A stretch of 64,000 nt of DNA. It comes from Candidatus Omnitrophota bacterium (lineage in GTDB: Bacteria; Omnitrophota; Gorgyraeia; Tantalellales; Tantalellaceae). Position 1 is the first letter of the stretch, and every line of letters begins with the position of its first letter. The DNA lies in NCBI GenBank assembly GCA_034723315.1, contig JAYEOV010000035.1, positions 8,329 through 72,328 of the forward strand, read 5' to 3'. The position numbers and the translations under genes are program-made. This document shows positions 1 to 9,768 of this stretch, one piece after another. The notes under the pieces were generated by a model, which saw only the letters and a program-made list of their open reading frames with translations, was not told the origin of the DNA and searched no databases.

Positions 1-87
1 AAAATATTAATCTTGTTAATAGAGTATTTAAACCCAAAGACTGAATTTGACCCGGCCAATTTTGCAATTCAACCCCTATAGCGCCCC

Positions 88-1692
88 ATGAACAAGAGCT
101 TTATAATCTTTTCAGTCGGCAAGCTGCTGGAAATCCTTGCTTTCATTCTCCTTATCCCGGCGATAATCGCTTTTTTCGAAATCCCGTCAAAAGTGTTCCC
201 CGACATCATTTTCAACTGTAAGCTCCTGGGATTTGTAATCGCGATAGTTTCCTCTTTCGTATGCGGAAACTTTCTTAAACTTATTGGCAGCAAAGAATTA
301 ACCGGAACCGGTATCAGGGAGGGCTTTGCTATCGTTACTTTCGGATGGCTTATTTTAACCCTTTTCGGTTCTATGCCCCTCTTCGTCTATTTCATCTCCC
401 AGGCTGAAACTGTTACGATGAACGTGGGGATCCGCGCGGTGACCGACTCCTATTTCGAGATCATGAGCGGTTTCACTACCACCGGAGCAACCATCCTGAC
501 AAATGTCGAAGCGCTTCCCCGCGGGATACTGTACTGGCGCAGCATGACTCACTGGCTCGGCGGCATGGGAATCGTGACAATGGCCCTCGCAATACTGCCA
601 GCTTTCGGCATCGCCAGTTATCAGATGTTCCGGGGTGAAGTGCCGGGGCCGACTTCCGAACGGCTCAAACCGCGTCTTGCCCAAACCGCCAAGATCCTGT
701 GGGGGGTCTACGCATTGCTGACCCTGGTCGAAATAATCCTTCTGAAATTCGGCGGCATGTCGTTTTTTGACGCGCAGTGCCACGCCTTCGGCACCATGGC
801 TACCGGCGGATTTTCCACGAAAAACACGTCTATCGGGGCCTACAACAGCGCTTACATTGATTGGGTCGTCATCGTTTTCATGTTCTTCGCCGGCATGAAT
901 TTTATCATTCACTACCAGGTTTTATTCGCCAGAAAATGGAACTTTCTAAAGAACAACCGGGAGTTCCGCTTTTACGCCGCAGTTCTATTAATAGCGATCT
1001 TACTCAGCACCGTTGTCCTTCAAATACGCGGTATTGCTCCGGAGGAACAGATCACTAACAGCTTCCGGAGCCAGCCCCTTTCGGAAAACGCGCTCACGAA
1101 AAAAATCGCCACAGAAGAAGCGAAGATCCGGCCGCCCTTTGACACGCTGCGCTACGCGGCGTTTCAGGTGGTATCCATAACAACTACTACCGGATACTCA
1201 ACAGCTGATACGGACATATGGCCTAATTTCATCCGTTTCATGCTTGTGGTCCTCATGTTCTTTGGGGGATGCGCCGGCTCTACCGGCGGCGGGATAAAAA
1301 TGACAAGGATCATGGTGGGTATCAAGGCCGCATGGCGAGAGGTGAAGACGCTTATTCAGCCACGGCTTATTTCGCCCATAAAGATAGCACGTAAGGAACT
1401 AAAGGAAAAACAGGTGGCTAATATCGTAGGGTTTATAGCGCTTTTTTTGGGATGCTTCGTGATCTTTTCTGCGATCATGAGCTTTCTGATAGATGATTTT
1501 ACCACGGCTGTCACATCGGTTGTTGCGACAATGTGCAATATCGGTCCCGGCCTTTCCGGCATCGGCACAACAGAAAATTATGCATGGATCCCGATCTCTG
1601 GAAAATGGATCCTCGCCCTTTGCATGCTCCTCGGACGACTGGAAATCTACACCGTTCTTATCGCCCTTTCCCCGATATCATGGAAAAAATAA
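88..1692 (+). CDS. trkH: Trk system potassium uptake protein TrkH
   Basis: Multi-TM protein with pore-loop motifs SGFTTTGAT, ATGGFST, TTTTGY, GGCAGSTGGGIK, NIGPG and GRLE. Confidence 0.95.
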   Translation: MNKSFIIFSVGKLLEILAFILLIPAIIAFFEIPSKVFPDIIFNCKLLGFVIAIVSSFVCGNFLKLIGSKELTGTGIREGFAIVTFGWLILTLFGSMPLFVYFISQAETVTMNVGIRAVTDSYFEIMSGFTTTGATILTNVEALPRGILYWRSMTHWLGGMGIVTMALAILPAFGIASYQMFRGEVPGPTSERLKPRLAQTAKILWGVYALLTLVEIILLKFGGMSFFDAQCHAFGTMATGGFSTKNTSIGAYNSAYIDWVVIVFMFFAGMNFIIHYQVLFARKWNFLKNNREFRFYAAVLLIAILLSTVVLQIRGIAPEEQITNSFRSQPLSENALTKKIATEEAKIRPPFDTLRYAAFQVVSITTTTGYSTADTDIWPNFIRFMLVVLMFFGGCAGSTGGGIKMTRIMVGIKAAWREVKTLIQPRLISPIKIARKELKEKQVANIVGFIALFLGCFVIFSAIMSFLIDDFTTAVTSVVATMCNIGPGLSGIGTTENYAWIPISGKWILALCMLLGRLEIYTVLIALSPISWKK

Positions 1693-2011
1693 TGTCGGGA
1701 AGGGAGGAATTCGGTTAAAGCGTTTTCCCTATCTCCTTTGGAAAACTTGTGTCGTTTGCGATTTTAAAGCTTAATCTGTCCCCTTTTTTGTTCTCAAAGA
1801 TATCCCCAGGAATATTTGCCCGATCAATTTTTCAAACGATACAAGAACTTGAGAACTTCCAGGCTACAGCGGGTATCAAACAAAGTCCAACGGAGCCCTA
1901 TTAACGCGAATATAAAGGCGAAGGTGGACGCGATCTCCATATTCTTAAAAATTCTTAAAATCTTTGGTTTTCAAGCTGTAGGGTGGTACCTAATGGGGCG
2001 TCCCCGAATAT

Positions 2012-3285
2012 TTACATGTCGGGGATCTGGCTGGAGTCGGCTTTGGAAGATCTTGAAACATAACATGTAAAATTATATTTCACATATCGCACGCCGGGTT
2101 TGATGTTAATGACCCCTGTTTCCTTTCCAATTTTAAAAAGGATAACTATCATGAAGATCAAGAATGTAATGAGGCCTAAAAACGACTTTTTACCTGATGA
2201 GCGTGCTCGAAGGACAGCAATTATACTGGGCAAGATCCCAAAGAGTACCGCTATTCCCAACGCGCCTACCATATCAAGAGCCGTAAGGAATATTTTCGGA
2301 AAGATAAGCGTCACTATGAGCGGCGGTCCGAAAGATAACAGGACTATAAGCAACCTGTTCGACTTTTTGAAATAGTTTGTCAAAAAATCGTCTATAAACT
2401 CCATAAGACCGTATCCGTTGGTGAGATATGAAGTTATTATCGCAAGGAGAGCAAACAGCAGCGAAAATGTAATAAATGCCGGTGATCCTATGATCTGCGA
2501 TAACGGCACGGTGGACGGTAAGTTATTCTGAAAAGCCTCTGTTATGCTTATATTGCCATCGATCGGAAGCGCGCCTAAGCTGACCTGAACCCAAAGGGCC
2601 GTTATAGCATATCCTGCGAGAACACCTATAAGCATTGATGTTAATATAGCGGGTCGCCTCCACCCGAGATCCTTACAAATGTTCGGAATAATGTTATGAA
2701 AGCTTAGCGCGGTTATCAGGACCGGAACGGTACAAGGCAGGAATTTCCAGTCCATGTAACGAAGGCGTTCGGGTCTATATGTTTTTCTGCCATAATTACA
2801 AGAACAGCGAAAGACAACCACAATAAGATCACGAACAAAGCAGTATAGTTCTTAAGTAAGCGCGGATTCATTATGGTGAGCCCCGTGATTATTACAAAAA
2901 ATGTTAAAGTAACTACGACTCCGGGGACGGGAATGGCGATCAGATCTTTTATGATAATTGTGGCACCTGAAAGATAAACCATAAGAAAACCGTAAAAGAT
3001 TATAAGATTTGATATGACAGCGATCCATTTACCCGTAGAACCCAGGTAGGCCTGGTAAAGGCTTGGATAATGGAATTTGGGGTTCCTGGTCATGATCGCC
3101 TCATTCCCTAACGTAACTGCTGTAAAGAACAGAGCCGCTCCTATCAAAAGAATACCTAAAATGGAAGGGATAAATCCGGCAAAACCTGCTTGTATAGGCA
3201 AGCCTAAAATTCCCGCGCCGACAAGATTCCCTGTAATAAAAAAGGCCATCAATATTACTGTTAAAAAAGCAGGCTTTTCATTCAT
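2012..3285 (-). pseudogene. Aromatic amino acid permease (TyrP/Mtr family), split by a 1-nt frameshift
   Basis: ORF 2716..3285 (GNLVGAGILGLP) and ORF 2012..2821 (PVLITALSFHNIIP) join into one ~424-aa permease if one base is added at about 2771. Confidence 0.8.
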
Positions 3286-3443
3286 TTTTAAAACGCTCTT
3301 TAAAATAATATTCGGAAAACAGAACCTGTTCTATCCTGCCCCCTGAACTTTTTTCTGTCTATATTGTTCAAAAACCCTGGTATCAAGTTGTATTACTATT
3401 TCTTCGCACAGTTCACGTAGATCGTTTTTTCCAATAAGAAAGT

Positions 3444-6158
3444 TTATTTTTTCTCCTTGAGCTCTATCAAGGCCTCTCTTGCGCCAAGGCATAGCGCTTC
3501 ATAACCATCTTTAGCGCCCGATTTATAGCCCTCTTTTTCCATGTCTTCGGGATCCAGGGCCTTGCCAAATCTTACTTTTATTGGATGACGTTTGGGGAAT
3601 TTAGACGTTCTTGGCCAGGCCTGATATGTTCCTTCTAATACAACCGGCACGAGTTTTGCTTTTGACTCCTTTGCCAGAATACCGAATCCTTTCTTGAACT
3701 CGTTTATATTTCCGTTCAGCGTGCGTAGACCTTCCGGGAACAGGCACAAATTTCTGCCTTTCTTCAGCACATAATAACAACTTCTCAGGGCCTCCAAAAA
3801 GTGTGAATAAAAATCAAGAGGGATAATTCTTCCTATTTTTATAAGGTTACGGATGATGGGAACAGCAAAATACGGCCTGAAACCAACAAAAAACAGATCC
3901 AATTTAGGAAAATTGGGCAAAGAAGTCGCGACAAGAAACCCATCCAGATAGCTTGTATGGTTTACGTATAATATATACGGGCCGCTTTCGGGGACATTAT
4001 TTCTTCCTTCCACTTTCATGCTGAAAAATATCTTGAAGATCATATAAAACGGGCAAAGAAACAGGAAACAACCCAGCCATACTACGAATCCCGGCTTTAA
4101 ATCGATCTTGTCCAGATTTTCCTTTTTGGGCAGGAGCTGAAAAAGAGTTTTCCAATATTCAGGACCGGAAGTTATCACCCTTTCAGATACAGGCAAAGCT
4201 TCCGTTTCCTCTTTTAAAAGCGCTTCAATGCCCACGATCAGGTCTTTAACGGTAAATGCCCTCCCGACGATCTCAGCCTCTATTTTTATGCCAAATATTT
4301 TTTCAAGACCTGAAGCAAGCTCGATCCTGCCCAAAGAATCTATACCAAGGTCAAGTTCCAGTAAGTCTCCCGGTGTAACGGCCCTCTTGATGGCGGTCTG
4401 TTCTTCAAGATAACTCATTATTTTCCTGCCGGCCCCCGACTCCATTATTTCCAGATCTTCTTTTGACAATTCCCCTGGTCCCGGAACGTATTCTTTTTCT
4501 TCAAGTATTTTAGGCGTATAAAGCTCTTTAACAGCGAACCTCTGGATCTTACCCAGGACAGTGCGCGGAAGCTTTTCAAGCGTTATAAAAAACCCCATGA
4601 TCCTTTTATGAGGAGGCAAGCTTCTCGAAACATTATCGAGTCTTTCCTTGATCACGCTCCTTAAGTTTATTTCTCCGAATTTTCTGAAAAACTCGAGATC
4701 GGGCACAATGACAGCCCACAATACCAGGTTCTCTTCCAGGCCTTTTTTAGCGGGAAGTTCGAATACGCACATCTCCTTAACCGGCGTGTGACTGGAATAT
4801 GCTTCTTCTATTTCTTCAGGGTAAATATTCAAACCAGAACTTAAGACAACCACCTCTTTTAACCTCCCGGTTAAAAATAAATACCCGTCTTTATCAATAT
4901 ACCCGAGATCGCCCGTATGAAACCATCCGTCTTTTATGGCCTGCGCGGTCAGGTCTTTTCTCCGATAATACCCTTCCATGACATTCGGCCCGCGCACGAT
5001 AACTTCGCCTGTGCCTTTTTCGTCTTTATCTATGATCTTTAATTCTACATCGGGGATAGGCAGCCCGACTGAGCCGATCTTCGGCTTCTTTAAAGGATTT
5101 GCGGTCAGGATCGGCGATGTCTCAGTTAGACCGTAACCCTCTAATATCGTAAACCCGAGTTTAAACAACATTCTCTCGGCGCCTTCATCAAGTTTCGCGC
5201 CTCCACTCATAAACAGCCGCATTGACCTTCCGAACCTCCTGTGAATACCATAAAGAAAATAACGCGGCAAATTAATGCCTGTCTTCACCCTGATCTTATA
5301 TAAAACTTCAAGGGTTAGCCTGAACAGAAGATCAACCGGAAAAGGTATTCTTTTTAACGTCTCTGTGATCTTTTGATAAAACGAGTAAAAAATCTGCGGC
5401 ACGGCAACAAAAACGCTCGCGTTCAGTTGTCTCATGGCTTCCAGAACGGTTTCTCCCCGCATGGTCCCGGGATATATAATCCTGCCGCCGCACAAGAACG
5501 GAAATAACATTGTCACCGTTAACGAATAAGCGTGATGCAGGGGAAGGATCGAGATAACGCTATCATCCGGCGTAACCAGGTTCAGCCTGTGTAGAGAATC
5601 GCAGTTAGCGAACAAATTCCTGTGCGAGAGCACAACGCCTTTTGGTTCAGCGGTAGTGCCTGAAGTGTATAAAATACACGCCGGATCATCGCCTCCGATC
5701 TCCACATCCTTAATCTGTTCGGGCGACCTTTTTACCGCGTCCTTAAACGCGTCTGAATCCACAGAAATGACCCTTTTTATTGATGGACATCTCCGGCAGA
5801 TCTCTTCCATTAATCTGAAGGAGGACTCGCCCGTAAAAGCAAATTTGCATTCAGAATCCTTTAAAATATTCTCGACCTCTTCCCGGGTAGATTCGGGATT
5901 GAGGGGGATAGAAATCGCTCCCGCGGATACTGTGGAGAAAAATATCAATGGCCATTCGGGTCTGTTATCCAGCAAAATGGCGATCTTATCATGTTTCTTA
6001 ATGCCCTCTTCTAATAAAGACGCAGAGAGCCTTTCCACGTCTTGTCTGAATTCGCCAAAAAGAACATCGCCCCATTCATTACCTTTATTGTATTGAATTG
6101 CCACTCTGCCGGAATATTCTAACGAGATAGCTTTAAACTTGTCTCTTAAATTCCGCAC
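3444..6158 (-). CDS. Long-chain acyl-CoA synthetase-like / ACP / PlsC acyltransferase fusion
   Basis: AMP-binding motifs YTSGTTAEPKG and EGYGLTE, ACP motif LGIDSL, PlsC motifs NHTSYLD and FPEG. Confidence 0.92.
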   Translation of the reverse strand: MRNLRDKFKAISLEYSGRVAIQYNKGNEWGDVLFGEFRQDVERLSASLLEEGIKKHDKIAILLDNRPEWPLIFFSTVSAGAISIPLNPESTREEVENILKDSECKFAFTGESSFRLMEEICRRCPSIKRVISVDSDAFKDAVKRSPEQIKDVEIGGDDPACILYTSGTTAEPKGVVLSHRNLFANCDSLHRLNLVTPDDSVISILPLHHAYSLTVTMLFPFLCGGRIIYPGTMRGETVLEAMRQLNASVFVAVPQIFYSFYQKITETLKRIPFPVDLLFRLTLEVLYKIRVKTGINLPRYFLYGIHRRFGRSMRLFMSGGAKLDEGAERMLFKLGFTILEGYGLTETSPILTANPLKKPKIGSVGLPIPDVELKIIDKDEKGTGEVIVRGPNVMEGYYRRKDLTAQAIKDGWFHTGDLGYIDKDGYLFLTGRLKEVVVLSSGLNIYPEEIEEAYSSHTPVKEMCVFELPAKKGLEENLVLWAVIVPDLEFFRKFGEINLRSVIKERLDNVSRSLPPHKRIMGFFITLEKLPRTVLGKIQRFAVKELYTPKILEEKEYVPGPGELSKEDLEIMESGAGRKIMSYLEEQTAIKRAVTPGDLLELDLGIDSLGRIELASGLEKIFGIKIEAEIVGRAFTVKDLIVGIEALLKEETEALPVSERVITSGPEYWKTLFQLLPKKENLDKIDLKPGFVVWLGCFLFLCPFYMIFKIFFSMKVEGRNNVPESGPYILYVNHTSYLDGFLVATSLPNFPKLDLFFVGFRPYFAVPIIRNLIKIGRIIPLDFYSHFLEALRSCYYVLKKGRNLCLFPEGLRTLNGNINEFKKGFGILAKESKAKLVPVVLEGTYQAWPRTSKFPKRHPIKVRFGKALDPEDMEKEGYKSGAKDGYEALCLGAREALIELKEKK

Positions 6159-6232
6159 TATAGTAAAGTCCTCTTTATATCAAAAATAAATTCAGTGGAT
6201 ATCTATTATAATAATACCTGAACTCTTTGGCC

Positions 6233-6871
6233 TTACACAGGCAATACATAAAATAATATTGCAAAATAATGACACATACTGCCACCCAGAACAAATAAAT
6301 GCCATATCGTATGGTGAAAAGGGAACTTAATAAAAAAATGAAAGATCCCCAAGCTATAGAACATTCCACCTGCGACCAGCCAGCTGATCGCCCCGTAAGG
6401 AATGTTTTTTACTATCGGGTATAAGATAACAAGCGCAAGCCACCCCATTATCAAATAACTGACAGTAGATAGAACTACAAACCTGTCTACAAAGAACATT
6501 TGAAATATTATCCCCGCTAATGTTAGCCCCCAGATCGCGCCCAAAAAAGTCCAACCCAGTTTACCTCTTAACAAAACAAGTATAAAAGGAGTGTATGAAC
6601 CGGCGATCAAAAGATAGATGGTAGAATGGTCTATTTTCTTAAATATGTATTTTAAACGCGCTAAGGAAAAACTATGATATAACGTAGAGGCAGCATATAA
6701 TGCGATCAAACAACCGCCGTAAATGCTGAAACTAACAACCCGCCATGTGTCCCCATGGAGGCTGGCCGATACAACCAGAACAAGAAAACCTGCAATGCTC
6801 AACAAAAAGCCAATGCCATGCGTGGCGCTGTTCGCTATCTCTTCCTTTAAAGACTGCTTGTATTTCTCCAT
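6233..6871 (-). CDS. Hemolysin III / PAQR family membrane protein (TrhA-like)
   Basis: EEIANSATHG, STLYH, KIDHSTIYLLIAGSYTP, HTIWHLFVLGG. Start taken at MEKYKQ. Confidence 0.92.
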   Translation of the reverse strand: MEKYKQSLKEEIANSATHGIGFLLSIAGFLVLVVSASLHGDTWRVVSFSIYGGCLIALYAASTLYHSFSLARLKYIFKKIDHSTIYLLIAGSYTPFILVLLRGKLGWTFLGAIWGLTLAGIIFQMFFVDRFVVLSTVSYLIMGWLALVILYPIVKNIPYGAISWLVAGGMFYSLGIFHFFIKFPFHHTIWHLFVLGGSMCHYFAILFYVLPV

Positions 6872-6950
6872 AATTTTCCCTTTTATTCTACCCCAAACAA
6901 AAATCCCCTGCAACGAAAAGAAATTGCTCCAGCGGCTTTAACAATTCGCC

Positions 6951-6997
6951 AGAGGCCATTTCATAACCCCGTTAGAAAATAATTATTCTAACGGGGC
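6951..6997. repeat. MITE-A left-end fragment fused to a CCCCGTTAGA..TCTAACGGGG palindrome
   Basis: AGAGGCCATTTCATAACCCCGTT matches the MITE terminal repeat. The same palindrome type recurs at about 42217-42256. Confidence 0.7.
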
Positions 6998-7061
6998 GAA
7001 CGGTAAAAAATCCACCAAAACGTTATTGTATCCTGCTCAAATTAATGATAAATTTGTATAC

Positions 7062-7553
7062 ATGAAGAACATATCATGGGGCAAAATAACCCTTGTAAGT
7101 ATAATTGCACTTACCGCGCATATAACCTGCTGTCTTTTCAATACACAGTTCGCAAAAATCACAATAGATTACTTTGCTTTTATAACAGGAATATTCTTAG
7201 TGACCGAAGGACTTTACAAGATATCCAGATCAAAAGCCCCTTTTTTCCCGGACCAGTTCCTGAGAGGTTTCCGGGTCGTGATCGGCTTCTGGATCTTCAC
7301 GATACATCTCTTTCAATTTATGAAGTACCGGGTTTTCTCCGCGCAGATAGCTGAAATTACAATAGATTATAAAGATTACTTTCCTTTTTTGGCAGGAATA
7401 ATTTTAGTAGCGGATGGTCTTTACAGGATATCCAGATCAAAAGCCCTTTTTTTCCCGGACCAGTTCCTGAGGATCATCCGCATTGTCATCGGCACATGTC
7501 TTTTCACAATACACCTTTTGCAATTCATGCACAGCGGCGCAACTTACTTTTAA
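7062..7553 (+). CDS. Hypothetical membrane protein with internal duplication
   Basis: Two ~69-aa hydrophobic repeats (GLY[KR]ISRSKA[PL]FFPDQFLR). Confidence 0.7.
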   Translation: MKNISWGKITLVSIIALTAHITCCLFNTQFAKITIDYFAFITGIFLVTEGLYKISRSKAPFFPDQFLRGFRVVIGFWIFTIHLFQFMKYRVFSAQIAEITIDYKDYFPFLAGIILVADGLYRISRSKALFFPDQFLRIIRIVIGTCLFTIHLLQFMHSGATYF

Positions 7554-7576
7554 GCCTAACAGTTTAAATTCCTTCT

Positions 7577-7990
7577 TTAAACCGGTTTTCGCTTAAACAT
7601 TTTCTTTATTTTTGTCGGTGGTTTAATAATAAATACTACTGTAGTAAGTAAAGCAATAAACACTGTCGGAATCAATATTATTAGAGGATTGAAGTCCGGG
7701 TAAACTAATTTTTCAATATAGTGAACCACGAACGACCCGGGATACCTTAATTTAGAATCGTATCTTGTCCTTAAGCTGTTTTCCAATATTGTTAAAGGAC
7801 AATACTGTCCCAAGACCGCCAAAAGCCCGACATAAACTATACCGCACAGGTGAAGTATTCTAAACAGACACCAATCGAAAAATCTTTTCCAAAAGAAACC
7901 AAATAAAGTAAGAATAAACCCTGCTAACATAAATAATATCCAGATAAGATGTACAATTACGATCAGATCAGCGAGGACTTTATATAACAT
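7577..7990 (-). CDS. DUF2784 family membrane protein
   Basis: LADLIVIVHLIWILF, CPLTILEN, SFVVHYIEKLVYP. Confidence 0.88.
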   Translation of the reverse strand: MLYKVLADLIVIVHLIWILFMLAGFILTLFGFFWKRFFDWCLFRILHLCGIVYVGLLAVLGQYCPLTILENSLRTRYDSKLRYPGSFVVHYIEKLVYPDFNPLIILIPTVFIALLTTVVFIIKPPTKIKKMFKRKPV

Positions 7991-8019
7991 TTTTTTGCTC
8001 AGCGATTTTTTTAGAAAGT

Positions 8020-8096
8020 AAGGGGCAGGTCTTAAAATTTAACTTAACGAATTTAGGGAGCACATAATAACTTAAATTTTAAGACTTGACCCCTTT
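8020..8096. repeat. Intergenic REP-like palindrome
   Basis: AGGGGCAGGTCTTAAAATTTAA...TTAAATTTTAAGACTTGACCCCT. A related GGGGTC..GACCCC palindrome lies at 21379-21440. Confidence 0.6.
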
Positions 8097-8111
8097 TTCG
8101 GCATGGATCTC

Positions 8112-8831
8112 TTACGAAAACACGAAATATCTCCACACAAGAAACGCGGTGATCCCGTGAGAAAGGGCCGGACCCCATATATTGCCGAAATATTCATACA
8201 GATATCCCCAGATCGCTCCGGTTAAGGCTATGAGCCCCAGTAAAAAAAGCCCCTCTTTGAAAGGGATGATAAAGAATATGTAGAAATGCACCAGGCTGAA
8301 AAGGACCGCTGTTATCCATATTGAGGCGTTTTTTGGGAGAGCTTTTGAGATCTTCCTCTGGATGAATCCCCGCCAGAATATCTCCTCGCCCAATCCTACC
8401 AGAAAAATAGAAAAGATCAGGGACGAGAAGACCCATATTAGTTCATTCCCCGCTGTAAGAAGCCTGAACCCCAACTCCCCTTGAAAAGAGATCCTTAGGC
8501 CAAAAGATTGAAGAAAGTTGTTTATTTCACCCGCCCTGTCTATATGGTAGCACGTCATTCCCAGAGCCCTCAGGATAAATCCTCCGAAAAAAGCGATGAT
8601 GAGGCCGGTCAAGATGCCTGCGGTGATGGAAGGCCACAAAGATCTTCTTTTAAGGCCGAGAGAGCGCAGGCCTTCCCCTAGAATGCCGATTTGCCAGACC
8701 AGGGGGATGGAAAACGTAAAGGAAAAGGAGCCGTACACGCCGAAGGCCAGAAGCAAAAGGGGCGCGGCGATCGCCGCGATAGAGACAGCGAAACGGCCTG
8801 TTACAGGTATTTTATATCCGTGGTGTGTCAT
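8112..8831 (-). CDS. CPBP (CAAX/Abi) intramembrane glutamic protease
   Basis: EEIFWRG, FSLVH and SHGITA motifs. Confidence 0.9.
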   Translation of the reverse strand: MTHHGYKIPVTGRFAVSIAAIAAPLLLLAFGVYGSFSFTFSIPLVWQIGILGEGLRSLGLKRRSLWPSITAGILTGLIIAFFGGFILRALGMTCYHIDRAGEINNFLQSFGLRISFQGELGFRLLTAGNELIWVFSSLIFSIFLVGLGEEIFWRGFIQRKISKALPKNASIWITAVLFSLVHFYIFFIIPFKEGLFLLGLIALTGAIWGYLYEYFGNIWGPALSHGITAFLVWRYFVFS

Positions 8832-8973
8832 CTTACTTATTGTATATCAGGAAAGCGGGAATGACAATGTTACTTATTTCGGCGGCAGGCGACGGACATT
8901 GTCATCCGCATGATCTTGTGATGATGCGGCCACGGCTACTGATACTGCTGAGTGCATAAAAACGGCATTAAGA

Positions 8974-9204
8974 TCACCGCCGCCAGTATCCGGGGATCCA
9001 TACATATACCCTACATTTTCGTTTCCATTTCCAGTGCCCTGGCACCCAGACAGCCCTCCTGTAAGGGCATCGGGGACGGATCTCGATCTTAAGGGGAGGA
9101 GGATCGGGTCTGTCTTTTATGATAACCGTTTTTCTCGTAGTGCATCCGCTGGTAAGGACCGCGGCAAACAAGATCATTAAAACAGCAAAATGCCCCTTTT
9201 TCAT
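8974..9204 (-). CDS. Small lipoprotein with WxxGxW repeats
   Basis: Lipobox LTSGC, then WVPGHW and WIPGYW. Confidence 0.85.
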   Translation of the reverse strand: MKKGHFAVLMILFAAVLTSGCTTRKTVIIKDRPDPPPLKIEIRPRCPYRRAVWVPGHWKWKRKCRVYVWIPGYWRR

Positions 9205-9641
9205 CAGAACCTCCATTTTTCAAGTTTTCTCGTAAGCTTCCTGTATTGCCGGGGGGTAAGGATCTCTTTTATCGCGAGCATCCCTTCTATCCGGACAAGC
9301 AGGATCTCCCCTTTTAACCTGGCAATCCTCCTCACAAGGGCGTCCACTTTCTCATGATCAACAGCATACCTTTTCATTTCTTCGCCCAGCGCTTCCATCC
9401 GGGCCTGAAGCTTGAGCGCCAGCTCTTTCAATATTCTTCTCTGCCTTCTTCGCTGCCTGTCGATCTGCCGTTCCTGTTTCGCGGCAAGGTCAAGTTCATC
9501 GAGGACGTCGTCTATCGTTTCCTCCTTTCTCTCCCATCCCTTGCTCTTTCCTTCGCAGGGATAAGCCCGGGCATCTACCGACGTAAGAAGCAGTGCGGCT
9601 ATCAGCATGGGGACTAATATTTTCGATCTTCTCATCTTCAT
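9204..9641 (-). CDS. Spy/CpxP-like periplasmic protein
   Basis: Signal peptide, helical body, ILTPRQ motif, GGAGG RBS before the ATG at 9641. Confidence 0.85.
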   Translation of the reverse strand: MKMRRSKILVPMLIAALLLTSVDARAYPCEGKSKGWERKEETIDDVLDELDLAAKQERQIDRQRRRQRRILKELALKLQARMEALGEEMKRYAVDHEKVDALVRRIARLKGEILLVRIEGMLAIKEILTPRQYRKLTRKLEKWRF

Positions 9642-9663
9642 TTCAACCACCTCCTTTGTCTTT

Positions 9664-9693
9664 TTAGACAGAAGGAAAGGGAAAAAAAGTTCC
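9664..9693 (-). promoter_or_regulatory. ECF-type promoter GGAACT-N18-GTCTAA
   Basis: Same motif as upstream of the ECF sigma gene and the second Spy gene. Confidence 0.75.
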
Positions 9694-9768
9694 CGCAAAT
9701 TGAAGAATATCCAGGGATGGGTATGGGTTTGGTTTTGTAATTAGGTAATTAGGCCTGACACTTTATTA

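Noticed and set aside
7220-7475. Near-identical repeat pair as a DGR template/variable repeat
   Set aside because: Both copies are in one CDS, the differences are not adenine-specific, and there is no reverse transcriptase.
8112-8831. CPBP protease as the enzyme that processes the VPELP tail
   Set aside because: It is 7 kb away, and PEP-type tails are handled by exosortases. There is no evidence of linkage.
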